Below, piece after piece: positions 27,325-40,070 of a DNA stretch of 64,000 nt (position 1 is the stretch's first letter; each line of letters starts with the position of its first letter). The stretch lies in assembly GCF_006345805.1 (NCBI RefSeq), contig NC_042998.1, positions 76,074,001-76,138,000 of the forward strand, given 5' to 3'. Below the pieces are notes generated by a model that made no database searches, was not told the DNA's origin, and saw nothing but the letters and a program-made list of their open reading frames with translations. This DNA comes from Octopus sinensis. Lineage: Eukaryota. The position numbers and the translations under genes were made by a program.

Positions 27325-29788
27325 TGTGTTTGCTTACTCTTAGTCAAATTAACCATGCTTATCGGCTAAATCTACTGATATAGAGCTACAAGTCCTCTCT
27401 TTTGTTAATTCATATTATAGTAGAAAATATTGAAATTTAGATAAATGTGGTCCTCACATTCTAGTAGAGAAGATATTTTTCGACTTTTGACTTACTATGA
27501 ACATTGATTTGGATGAAGTTAGCTAAATATTCAATGAAGGAAAGCTGAGGAGAAATTAAGATATAACTTCCAAGAATGTGCTATAAGTGAATTCATAGAT
27601 ATAGCAACTGTGCTAATTATATTTATTTTAATGTAGGTCTCTAGTTAAAATAAATTATTGATTTAAAATTAGTTGCTTAAATTTGGGTTTTTTTTTGTTT
27701 ATCCATTAATTTAATGAATTATGTTCTTCAACAACATTGAAAAGATGACAAATCCTTGGTTTCAGCACTATTTAGGTAATTAGTTTTGTGGACATATTCC
27801 ATTGGAACTTTGGTCAGGAAGTTTGAATGTCATATTTTGAAGAAGACTTCTAATATTAAGTGCAAAAGTCTTGTTTAGTGTGGTATTCTCAAGGTGTATT
27901 ATTTACATGTCATGAATTAAAATATTTTTATTGATTTTTATGCAGCTGTAAGCATGTGTGGGTGTGTGTGTGCGCATGTGCGTGCTTGTGTGTGAAAGAG
28001 AGATAGAGATGTGTGTAGGAGTTGTTCCTTTCACTTCAAAAGAAATGTTTGAATTGTACTTAATAGATATATGAAGGCATATACAGGCAGTCCTCAATAT
28101 CTTTTATAATAAAAACCAAAAAGCGTAAAATAAAAAGTCATAAAATGTATGACTCTCTTATTGAATTCTTTTTCTTTTTTTTTCTGCTTTTTATAACCTA
28201 TTACATTTTTTTTTTCAGTACAGAAAAATAAAAATGAAAATTTTTTAAAATGATGTATGCAGATACTAATCATTCAATTTCTCATTGATCACCAAAGATC
28301 AGTCTACAGTGTTTAATCATTATCCATGAATATTCATGAATAATAATGAAAAATAAAGAATGAAATTGTATTTAACACATACAAATTAATACACTACTAA
28401 AGCAGAATTTTTTTATCTTTATTAATCTACATAAATTACAAGTGACTCTACTTTCTTCAATGTACTGAATATAAAATTTCCTTTTCAGTTTTCCACTATC
28501 AGATTACCTTTTTGTTTTTTATACATGGTATTAAATGAAAATTATAACAAATTGGGGCAAATTATTAACTATAGAGATTGGAATAAATGAATATAGAAAT
28601 GGATAAATATACACATTGAAGCAAAGTGGTTAAATGGCAAATTATTGCAAAACCTGCTAATTTCAAAACTCACTAGCTTTTGTAATTGTTTAGTTTTTGA
28701 ACTTAGTGGTAGTAAGAGGCATTCCTTGCAATTTTTGCTTTGCAAATATTCCTTGATTTAGCCCTTTTGCACTGTTACCTAAGCATGCTCTGTGCTTCTC
28801 TACTGTGGGCAGACAGGAAAGAAGTGTAATATTAGAAACTAAATTAGAACTATTACAGAGATTCAATGATGGATAGGAAGCTGTAGATAATAGAGTTATT
28901 CATCTGCATCCAACAGCTGTATGAACAATTCACAGTAATACTAAAAAAAACAAATAAATGATTGTGTAATTGTTACAAAATTAACTTGGAATAAAAGCAG
29001 CTTTATGGAAAATATGGAAAGACTGTTAAACATATAGAGGACATGCAATATCATAACTATTCATATTCACTGCTCATGGCACAAATGAAAGTGTTGAGTT
29101 TGATGACCTATAGAAAAAGTTATGGTTCTATGATGAAAATGAAAACTCAAGGTTGGTTTGAGCCTCTCAAGAATTTCTCAAGATTATATAACATACAGGT
29201 AACAGATGAGTCTGCAAGTGCCAACAAAGAAAATGGAGCTGCATTTCCAGCTTTAAAGAAAAATATTTTTGACGAAGAAAGATAGACATCACAGTGAATT
29301 TTTTTTATGTAGATGAGACAAGCCTGTCTTGGAAACAAATGCCAAAATGAACTTAGATTTGTAAAGAAGAAAATGTTGCACTAGGTTTCAAAGCTGCCAA
29401 AGATTGTATGACTCACCTACACTTCAAAGAGTTTTAAAGCTCTAGCCACTGGCTGTTTATCATTTTGAGTGAGACATCAATAATTATGAAAGTCTGCTCT
29501 AAATCTTATCTTCCAAATATATTAAGATAAAATGAAAAGAAGTGAGTCACTTGAACAATATTCCAAAATTGATTTGTTTCCTGCAAAATATACTGTCAGA
29601 CAAAGAACCATGAAAATAGTGCCTTGCTTTTTGTTGACAATGCTGCAGGTCATCCACTTAATATGATTGATTTGACAGATAATATTAAAGTACTTTTCTG
29701 CTACCAAAGTCAATCAGCTTGATATGACCTATGGATCAGTAGGTTATATTTCATACATTCAAAGCCTAATTTTACTGTGCACATTTAG

Positions 29789-30009
29789 CCCTTTAGCATT
29801 CAGATTATTCTGTCAAATGTGATACTTATTTATCCTTATTATTTTGAATAAATAATGCATTATCTTGTAGCTTCAACAGGTCAATGATGTGATTGTTTAT
29901 TTTTAGAATGAATTGTTGGGTAAGTGTGAGAGGCTGAATCTTGCCAGTTTGAACATATGAAACAAGTAGAATATTAAGGCCAGATGTGGCCAGTTTAAAT
30001 GCTAAAGGG
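29789..30009 (+). mobile_element. piggyBac-type MITE (uninterrupted copy) inside Tigger
   Basis: TTAG|CCCTTTAGCATTCAG ... AATGCTAAAGGG|TTAA. Confidence 0.85.
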
Positions 30010-30238
30010 TTAAGCTGTTAAGTTTAGACACCGAAACTAAACTTCCTCTAAAGAAATGTTGGTATGAATGCTCAATGTACAGAAGTATGGCAAGAAGTGA
30101 AAACAACCATAATGAATCTTGTCTGGAGTAAAATTTATCCAGACTATATTGTGGACTTTCTGAGTTTGAACAGCTAGTACAAAATATTCATGAAGAGATT
30201 GTTGGGCTAGCTCATATGCTGAATTAAGTGATATAAAT

Positions 30239-30503
30239 CAGTGGTTTGCAACCAGAGTCCACATGACCCTTAGGGGTCCATATAAGATTTTATTGTTAAA
30301 ATTTATGTGGAGCCTGGTGCAGCCTTCTGGCTTCCCAGATCCTGGTCAAACCGTCCAACCCATGCTAGTATGGACAACGGATGTTAAACGATGATGATGA
30401 TGATAATAGGATTTTTTAAAAACACTGACTGGCTACGAGAGTCCAATAGAGTAAAATTGGAAACCAAAGGAGTCCATAGGCAAAAAATGGTTGAGAAACA
30501 CTG
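30239..30503. mobile_element. hAT-type MITE containing an RTE tail fragment (~30308-30402)
   Basis: TIRs CAGTGGTTTGCAACC / GGTTGAGAAACACTG; perfect 8-bp TSD ATATAAAT (30231-30238, 30504-30511). Confidence 0.85.
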
Positions 30504-31854
30504 ATATAAATGAAAAAGATGTGTTGAAATGGAGTTATTTGAATTAAATAGAGAAGAAATATCTGAGGACAATATATAGAGAGAACAACATCTTACTAAA
30601 AAAAATCAAGATAATAAGAGTTTAGGATGCAGAGCTACCATAAATTTTATCAACTAAAGATCTCTCTGAGGCTTTCTAGTCTTTTGATGAAGCTCTAGCC
30701 ATTATTGCTAGAACCAAAAAACAGAACATTTCTCTTAAAGAAAAAAAGTGTTTCAGAAGCAAATGAGTAAATAATGAATAGATGAATACAATTACTATAA
30801 GGAATTGTATAAAAAGAAGAAAAACATGCCTGATATCAAACTTCAGATATATTTTTTTAAGCAAGTAATTATTTTATTGGTTTTATTTATCTTCCTTAAA
30901 TGTGTGTGTGTGTATGATGATGATCAGAAGAGTATGCAAGGTTAAGATGTTAGAATTTAGAAAGATTGAACTGTAATGACTCCTGGAAATAAGATGAAAA
31001 ATTGTAATTGTTTGATTGATCAGAAGAAAAAAAAGCATAAATTTAAATTCTGGATACTTAATAATTCTGATACTGATGGGGCAAGTATATTTTTAGCAAT
31101 GAAGTAGTTGGGTATACAGTTAAGGTAGTCAAAGTGAGTGCTAGAACCATTAAATTTAAGCTCATGACAGGCAATTTGATAGTTGCTGTAATTTCTGCTT
31201 ATTCTCCACATGCAAGATTAGTAATGAGAAAACTTCTTTGTTTCTTGTGTTACCTCTGCTGTATATCATAGAATTCAGTTTTATGTGTTTAGTATCACCA
31301 ATGAGTCAGTAGAAGCTGTTCTATCCAGCTTATATATAATCTACTGCAGATAGTATATGCGGAATAAAAAAAAGTACATCTTTTGCTGTATAATTTACAC
31401 CAATTTATATCTTCACTGGTTTTTGATAGGTGTGTGCTTACATACAAACATTCTTACATGTGTATACACACATTCATAAGCAATTTTATACATTTAGATT
31501 CCTTAGCCTTTTTGGAAGACAGTTATAAAGTTGTAATTTTGATGTTTGCAGTATAAATTCTTGATACTCATGTATGAAAACATTTGGGCTACTGACAAAA
31601 CTGTCACTCTCTTTATTTATTCTTGTATGGTAAAATTTGACCCAAATTTATGTCATCATTTTATGTCCATTTTTACATGCTTGGATAGGATAGGTAGGCC
31701 TTAACTAGCAAAACATTTTGCCACATCTCTGTGAAGTTCAGCCTCTTGAAATCAGCTTTCACCACTTCTCATGTCCTTTCTGGTTTTCTATTTCTCTTGA
31801 CTTTCAGCTTACCCAACTGTCATCCTCGATATTCATCACCTGCTGGTACCACGA

Positions 31855-32160
31855 AGGCACGGGACTTAGTGGTCAAGGTATTTGATTCACAATTGGAAGG
31901 TTATGATTCCTTGGGGTATTTTGTGTCCTTGAACCAGACACTTTAATTTATGTTGCTCCAGTCTACTCAGCTGGCAAAATTAAGTTGTACCTGTAATTCA
32001 GAGAACCAACCTTGTCACATTCTGTGTCCTGCTGAATTTCCCTGAGAACTGTGTTAAGAGCCTGTGTGTTTGTGGAGTGTTCAGCCACTTGCATGTTAAT
32101 TTCATGAGCAAGCTGTTCCATTGATCAGATCAACTGAAACATTCGTTGTCACTAGCTGGA
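31855..32160 (+). mobile_element. tRNA-derived SINE with V/Meta-like core
   Basis: GACTTAGTGGTCAAGG head and TTGTGTCCTTGAACCAGACACTTTA core, resembling the 44287 copy. Confidence 0.65.
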
Positions 32161-32288
32161 CCTGTGAAAAAGTTCATGGATAATTTAAATATCGTTCGCT
32201 GAATAGTTATCAATTAATCAAAATTGTTTAATTTGCACTATTTTGGTTAATGGAAAATTCTATTATACTTTGTTATATTTATTAATAA

Positions 32289-32683
32289 CTAGCAGTATCG
32301 CCCGGCGTTGCTCGGGTTGTAAGGGAAATAACTATATAAGCATTTTTAGAGAGTTATAGCCAAAAAATAGCAAAAAAATGCATTAAAAATTGAAAAAAAA
32401 TTAAGGTAAATTTTTTTTTTAAATCGTTGACACATCGTAGATATTTTTAGAGAGTTACTTCCTTTATATAAAAGCGAAAAAAATGCATTAAAATGGAAAA
32501 ATATGATGGTAATTTTTTTTAAATCGTAGACTCATCGTAGACGCGCGCTAATACCCAGAAGGGCTCGATATGAATCACGACTATAAGATACCCGCTTTTG
32601 GTTAAACTGCACCGCAAAATGTGGGAGTAGTTACGAATCTAAATCGTAGGAGACAGACACACAACTTCACTCTTATATAAAGA
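32289..32683 (-). mobile_element. Non-autonomous Helitron (395 bp)
   Basis: Minus strand A|TC...CCCGAGCAACGCCGGG hairpin...CTAG|T; same termini as 54942-56630. Confidence 0.85.
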
Positions 32684-33469
32684 TGCTTTTTTTTTTCAGT
32701 CATAGAGTTAGATTTATGAAGGTCTTCAGTAGAAAATCCTTCGAATTCTGACTCGCTGCTTGATATAATGAAATTCGTATCCATTTTTTGTCAGAATTAC
32801 AAATTTTGAAAACACTATAGGAACAAATTTCGGAAAAAAATCTCCCATAATTCACGGAATTAAAATTACACTTCGATTTTTGTACAAAACTGTATTTGAA
32901 GTATTTACAAAGTATAATACGTGTTTTCACGAATGTACTAAAGAGATTTACTCTGATATTCTCATTTAAATATGAATAGGTAAATTTGGGCGGTTTGGTA
33001 ACGAAAGGGTTTATATAAGTGTCGTCTGTTTATACATAAACACTGTTTCATACTTTCAGTTTAGTCTTCCTCAAATCACTCTGTCGCTATTTACTCTCTT
33101 CCAAGAACATTTTCACTCACTCTTATCTGTTAGTTTGCCATACATTTTACTCATGTATCTATCAGCGTGATAGACAGAAACAAATATTACATCTAGTTTC
33201 ACTTTATTCGTTGCACACTGTGTGTGTGCGTTTGCATGTGCTGTAAACCAGACTAAGAAAAGCATTTGACATACACACCAGAATGTGAGTTTTCTGTAAA
33301 TTTTGCTTAATTGGAGTTTAAATTTTAAAAACTGGACCTGGCAAAACCCGATGCATTCTACTCTTAAAAATGCTAGGTAAATTGTAATTGAAGAAATCCT
33401 ATATTGTAGATTTCTATAACTGACAAAGAGAGGCAGATAAAATCTGCCTTTTATAATAAGAGATACAAG

Positions 33470-34720
33470 TATATATTAAGTTACTGTGTGAAAGTATATG
33501 TTAAATACATCTGTTACAGCACTTCCCTATATATACAATGTTTCTAGTGTAGGTGATTCCCCTTCTGCGACCAGGAGTGGATTCGTTTTGAGGTATCACT
33601 TTAACCCTCACACTGTTCATCGGCTTTGCTCTTGAAAAAGCTATGTAAAGCTGGCCATGAATGAAGCATGGTTGTGGCAAGTGTATGCCAATTCTATTGA
33701 ATGTTTGCCTCTGTGCTTTATTGATTGTCATAGAATAGGAAAGACAAATAGGGAAATTGATCCGATGCATAATGAGTGGAATGTTTGCATTGCATGGAAT
33801 AAGTTTGATTCTTGGAATCAGTACTCTTGTGTAATAATGAGATCCACTTATAATTGATGCTTTGATGCTATGCTTGTGGAGCTGAAGTACTTTCAAGTGA
33901 GTTCCATTGCATAGACCTTGTGTTATAGAGAGGTTTCTAAAAAGCATAATAATTGCTCTGACTTTTAAGTTAAGGTGATGGGAGGCATTCCAGAAGGTGT
34001 AAGAGAGTTTATAAACTCCATGGGATAATTCTGGGCTGCTTCTTTATTATCAGTTACTGAGTTGGTGCTTAGATATGTCTTAGTTTCAGTGGGCAATCTT
34101 AGAATTCGGACTGCTAAGCAGTCCGAATTTTTAGGGGATTAGATCACTCTATTTTTTATTTCTTCTGCTGTACAATTGTCAAATATACCAGATACCAAAG
34201 AATTGTTACATATGTGCGCCTCAGGAATATCAATAGTATCTTCTGCGAGATTATCAAGAGAACTTTGAAGAAATCCACTTCCAAGTTGTAGTAGCCTCTT
34301 CAAAATATCTTGTTCATTTGCATTTGTTCTCATGTTTTGCATTAAATTGCATTTGGTGAAAATTATCCCTCATAGAGGAGCGTTTGAAGCAGGCATCAAG
34401 TACAGCTGCAGGAGGAGCTCTGGAAACAACTGGAAGCACTTGTCTAAAATCTACTCCTAGTACGATAATTTTCCTATCAAATATACTATTACTATTCATA
34501 ATATCTCTTAAATAATCTATAGCTTTCAAAGCATTAACTGGTATCATTGAAGCTTCATCAATAATGAAGACTTACTCGGCTAGGAATGTTTCCTTGATCA
34601 GAATTTGATGGAACATTGCATAAACTTTGTTTCACTCAAAGGAACTGGAAGCTTGAATATACTGTGAAGAGTTTTACCACCTTTCAAGAGTGTTGCAACA
34701 ATGCCAATCCAGAAACCAAG
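33470..34720 (-). mobile_element. Helitron RepHel PIF1-helicase relic (frameshifted)
   Basis: GIVATLLKGGKTLHSIFKLP, LGVDFRQVLPVV, RNLSITQGLCNGT, FPICLSYSMTINKAQRQT, FIHGQLYIAFSRA. Confidence 0.9.
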
Positions 34721-34839
34721 GGAAATGACTGAAATTTAATCCAGACTTATCTCCCTTAGCGTGACAAACACCGATGGTACAAGCATATTAATATATAGAT
34801 AGCTGATGGAGTGCCTGTTTGATGCTGGCACCATCATGG

Positions 34840-35450
34840 TTTTCTCTTGTATATTACAGTTAATTCCATTTATATTCAGTTTTCCTCTCAGCTCATTTGT
34901 ACTCTGTTGTTCATGCACATTAATATTAAGTATCCAGCAGAACATGCTCACTTAATTTCTTTTCAGTCTTTGCACTTGCTCTGCATTCAGCTACCATTGT
35001 TTGCTACCATGCAACACCGCACTATACACCCAAGTGTCATACAATTTTTTTTTTACATTTGGAGGGAAGAACCCTTTGTTGACAGCAGTGGTAAAAACTC
35101 GCTGATCCACTTGCTTCTTACTCAGGCCACTATATTTTTTAAATATCTTCCTCCACTGCTAATTAGACCACCTAGGTAAGAAAAGCTACTTCCCAACTCT
35201 GAAAAATTTTTACTGCTGTATGACTACTACATATAAAGTTTCTGTTCTCTCGGTCTGCTTGTGATCTCACTGTTTATATTGGGTCCAGCATATAGAATTC
35301 CTACTCACTCATTTTCTGCCTAATGAGCATGGTCATTTCCCAGATGGCAGTAGAGTTCTGTCTTCTCTGTCAACTAAAAATTTTGTCTTTGTTAGGTTTA
35401 TTTTGAGGTTGCTTGATTATATGATTTGCTTCTGCATTTTGAATTTTCTA
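34840..35450 (-). mobile_element. RTE LINE fragment (post-RT region)
   Basis: Degenerate match to the 23652 copy (LLSTKGSSLQM..LYDTWVYSAVLHGSKQW..). Confidence 0.7.
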
Positions 35451-35470
35451 AATTTTGACTAATAGGGAAA

Positions 35471-35619
35471 GGAGTGGCTGTGTGATAAGTAGCTTGCTTA
35501 CAAACCATATGGTTCCGAGTACAGTCCCACTACGTGGCACCTTGGGCAAGTGTCTTCTACTATAGCCGACCAAAGCCTTGTGAATGGATTTGGTAGATGG
35601 AAACTGAAAGAAGCCTGTC

Positions 35620-35657
<38 letters not shown>

Positions 35658-35885
35658 GTGTATGTGTGTGTGTATATGTTTGTGTGTCTTTGTCCCCCCA
35701 ACATCGCTTGACAACTGATGCTGGTGTGTTTATGTCCCTGTAACTTAGCGGTTTGGCAAAAGAGACTGATAGAATAAGTACTTGGCTTACAAAGAATAAG
35801 TCCTGGGGTCGATTTGCTCACCTAAAGGCAGTGCTCCAGCATGGTCACAGTCAAATGACTGAAACAAGTAAAAGAATAAAAGAGT
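35471..35885 (+). mobile_element. Full-length tRNA-derived SINE (25706 family)
   Basis: Colinear with 25706-26110. Confidence 0.9.
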
Positions 35886-36377
35886 AATTCTGCACTGAAA
35901 AGTAGGCCATCAACATACATACAGGCAATCTTGAATTCCTCTGTTAAAGCTCTCATGCAGGCAGTCTTAAATTCCTCTGTTATAGCCTGGAAATTATAAT
36001 AAATAGTAAAGGTCAATAACAGAGCCCTACTGGTATGTTAAATTCTTCACTGAAATCATTATGGTCCATGAAATGAAATAGAGAGCCAAATGTTGAGGAA
36101 ATTCACACAATTGTCTATTTTCAGGAGTGGCTATGTCCTTCACTTTTGTGTTTATATCAATGTTAGTCTTCCTGTATGCTTTGGTGATAGTTTGAGATAG
36201 GATTTTTGTGTGAAGCTATGCTTGCTTGGTATATTTTCTTTCTTTTATGAGCATGATGTACATTAGAGGACTGTTTGAAGAATATATTATTTTCAAAGCA
36301 TTTAGGAAAGAGTTGGATTATTGAAGGTGTGAAGCAAGCAAACAATATATTGACAGCATGTAGCTAGCAACTTTTGT

Positions 36378-36434
<57 letters not shown>

Positions 36435-36693
36435 CCCTTTAGCATTCAGATTGCTCCGTCAAATGTAATGCTTATGTATTCACATCATTTGGAATTAATC
36501 GTGCTTGTTAGAAGCATGACAACTGTTTCGGCCACTTTTTTCCCTAGCAGAAAACAATTTCACAGAAGCACGTTTCATAGCTTTGAGATTTTGATGATGT
36601 GTAGGGTAGTTGTGAAAGGCCAGATCTGACCAGTTTGAAGATAAAACAGGTAGAATATTTTAGCCAGATATTGCTGGTTTAAATGCTAACGGG
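36435..36693 (+). mobile_element. piggyBac-type MITE carrying ~70 bp of mariner sequence (36506-36576)
   Basis: Colinear with 29789-30009 except for the insert, which matches 38190-38262. Confidence 0.8.
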
Positions 36694-37607
36694 ACACACA
36701 CATTTGTTACCTTTTAACAAACAGGGAAAAAGTGCTCAATACAATACTAGAGTGTAGTGGTTTATTTAGGCTGCTCTTACTGCACAGTGATTCTAACAGT
36801 TTCAACTAGCAAGTATACATGTATGTACATGTGTGTGTGTGAAACAAACTGTGACCAGATTATATCTGGCCCTTCAAGAACAGAGTTACTATAATGAAAA
36901 TCTACCAGCTTTTGTAGGCGTGCAGTACTCATAAAGCCCTCTCAAAGATTACATACATCCTTGAAGTGCTTCTATCTTATCTCTTGAGTAGAAAATTTCC
37001 TTTCAGACTGCTCTAATGCACCTAGTGCTGGCAAGGTTTACTTTGACCTATATTTTATTAAGTCTAGTGTATCACAAGGATTGGCCATGTTTCTCACACT
37101 CTGAGTGACCTATTTTTTGTTACTTCTAATCACACATACTCTTTTGGAGATGTTTTCACTCTTCACTCCTCTTAACTATGAGCACATAGGTGTCAGCCAC
37201 TTAGAAGCGTCACACCATATTTGCACAACCTCCATAAACAGAAATCTCAAAACCATTCTCAATGAAGATGTGATGACTTTCACTAAAATATAATCTTTAC
37301 ACAAGAAACTACACCCTCCTTATTTATTAAAACAATCCGCAACTAAAGCCCCCAAAGTTTGTAAATGTGCTAAGTCACCACTAATGATCTTCCACTGTGA
37401 CCTTACAGATTATCATCATCATCATCATTATTTTGTGTCCATATTTCTATAATGGTCTGCTTCCTCTTGCACACAAAGCAACAGAGAAAACCAGCTGATA
37501 GTGATTGATCACCTACACAGGTACCTGTGATCCAGCTTGAGAAGTGCATGTATCTTACGTATGTTTCATTGATACAAGAGAGGAGAAACTTAGCTACTGG
37601 ATGTTTA

Positions 37608-38470
37608 TGAGGGGGTACCCAAAAGAAACTGGAATTCTTTTATTCACTTAGTTTTACATGTGTATGCTTTTATTGCTTTCGAAGTATTCTCCATTTGAAG
37701 CAATGCATTGGTCCAGACTTGTTTTCCACTTTTCAAAGCAGTGCTGGAATTCTTGCAAAGTGATGCCATTGTTTTTTTCCTTCACCTCTTCCACATCTGC
37801 AAATTCTGTAGCACCAGCTTTTGTCACCAGTGATGGGTTTCACAAAAAGATCCAGATCAATTTCCAACTGTTCTTTCAATTCACGACATGCATTCTGTTG
37901 TGACTGCTTTTGATCTTCTGTGAGCAAATAAGTCACAAATTTTGCTGCAACTCTTTTCATTTGCAACTCCTCACTCAAAATTTGTTGGCAGGAGCTCCAG
38001 GACACACCAGTCATATCAACAAGTTTGTCAATTGTTCAGTAATGATCTCCCAAAATCAGTCCTCGAATTTTCATGATGTTTTCATTCATTCACTGAATAA
38101 AGTTGGTCTTCAAGTGACAAGTGACCATTCTTAAAGTGTGAAGACCACTCATAAACTTGTGTTTTGCTCATGGCAGCATCCTTGTAAGCTGTTAGAAACA
38201 TGACAACTGTTTCGGCCAACATTTTCCCCACTAGAAAACAGAATTTTGCAGAAGCACATTTCTTTGTTTCAGTCATCACAAAAATTGACGAACAGAGGAG
38301 GAGCACAGCAAAACAAAGACACACCACATAGCAGTATGACTTCACTCTATGCCACTGGTCAACATACTGATGCCTGAGGGTTGCATCAAGTACTTCTTGC
38401 AGTAGAAGCCTGAACTACTATTGGTTTCCCCCACAGAGAACATTTCCAGTTACTTTTGGGTACCCCCTCA
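37608..38470 (-). mobile_element. Internally deleted mariner element
   Basis: TA|TGAGGGGGTACCCAAAAG ... CTTTTGGGTACCCCCTCA|TA; KFCFLVGKMLAETVVMF...SKTQVYEW and RVAAKFV..LLTEDQK...ITGDKSWCY. Confidence 0.9.
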
Positions 38471-38599
38471 TATATATATATATAAGAAAAAAAAAAACAG
38501 TTTGGTGCAGCATTTTTTTTTTTTTTTTGAGAAAATTAGAAATAGATGAGATTATTTCAGAAGAATGTAACTGTATCTTCATCATTATCACCACCACTA

Positions 38600-39410
38600 C
38601 CACCACCACCATCGTTTACTCTCAGCAAGTAGAATAACATAGTTTGCCATTTCACTGTTTATTGCTCTGTCTCTATACATAAATTGTATTTTAAGTCTGT
38701 TTAATTCTTGATATCCACCTGCATAATTTTTGTCTTCTTCCCTTCCTTTTTGTTTTGTCTTCTGTTAACAGGTCTTTGTAAACCCTTTTTTTTTTAAGTA
38801 CCTAGCATGTATCAAAGATGTCTAATAAAATTTCTCAGTTTTTTATCATCTTTATTTCTTTATTATTAATTTTTATATTTTATCAATGATATTCTGAAAA
38901 GTCTTTCATATGTCTGCATCTCAAAGGTTTGTAATCTTTTTGGTAGTATTTTTATTTAAGTCCATGTCTTAGTTCCAAAATGGACTGTACATGATATTTT
39001 AATAACCTCTTTCTGATTTCCATATTAATGTTGCTTGATGTTACATATTTAGAATTTTTCAAATAATTTTTCAGCTGTATCTGTCCTTTTAATTTGTTTC
39101 ACATTTCTAGTTTTTTGATTCTGGTATATTATTTTTGGTGTTTGCTCAGTTGGCTTTTCTTCAATTATGTTCATTTTTGATGACTTGATTGTAGCTGATT
39201 ACCATTGATTTTGTTTTCATGACATTAATTTCTATTCCGTAAGAAATTCTTTTGTTGTTTACCATAGTTATAAGGTTCTGTATATCAACTCCCTATATGA
39301 AATGTTGATGATGTTCATATCCTCATATCAACAGTTCTGGTATGCCTTCTACTTCTCTGATGTTTTCAATGCAGAGGTGAATTAGTCAAGAGGATATTGC
39401 ACAGCTTTGT
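38600..39410 (-). mobile_element. Decayed RTE-like LINE RT fragment
   Basis: Degenerate RQGCxLSP / NINNLRYADD / KINxKKTK-like sequence. Confidence 0.55.
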
Positions 39411-39559
39411 TTGACTCCTTTGTTAATTTTAAATTCTAAGATTATTCCCCACTTAAGAAATATTTTTTTTTACATCAGCTATTTGTTCTTAGTACATTTT
39501 TATTATTTGGAGGTCTTTATCACCTATTTTGTTTTAAAAAAAAAACAGTTAATCATCTT

Positions 39560-40070
39560 GTATTTTACTGTAAAATGCTTTGGTATAATCTATTAAAGTA
39601 TACGTAATCAATTTGATTTATATATAGCAATAGTGAATTATAAAACATGTTGGATTTTCATCCCAAAGAATTGGCATCTTCCTCAGATGAAGTATATTTC
39701 TACTATAATCATTTGCTGAACTTCTACAAAGCTCAAATAAGACCCATTTTGAAGCACTGCCGACATGTCTAACAATATACAAACACCACATACTGCATTC
39801 AAATGTTATTTGATTGATTGGCAGTTACTTTTCAACATGCTACCACCACTTGCTTGTTGGTGTGTTGTTTCAATGAGCTTGGTTCCTCTGAATGAGAAAT
39901 TTTCATACACTTCCATTCAAACTCATTTGTTTCTCATCATCATCTTTGTCTCACTAAACAATTTGCTCAATCTTTCATCTTTTTTCATCAGATAAGCAAG
40001 CCTTTGGGATTACCTTACAAGTGCCCAGCAGCCACTATTTTTCTTCCTGTTCTTCATCTGAGATGTTGGT
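39560..40070 (+). mobile_element. Decayed CR1-like LINE 3' fragment
   Basis: KELASSSDEVYF...LLNFYKAQIRPILKHC, a degenerate KLAFLFR..LLTLYKAQVRPxLEYC motif. Confidence 0.6.

Larger units (their letters stand above)
28084..30870 (+). mobile_element. Tigger/pogo transposase relic with nested insertions
   Basis: TA|CAGGCAGTCCTC TIR-like start; RSVILETKLELLQRF (CENP-B-type HTH), QGWFEPLKNFSRLYNIQVTDESASANKE, and FFYVDETSLSWKQMP-like DDE motif. Confidence 0.85.

Noticed and set aside
26933-27343. 48-bp array as a CRISPR array or repeat-protein gene
   Set aside because: Units are contiguous with no unique spacers, no cas genes are present and the context is eukaryotic; the ORF is explained by the period being divisible by three.
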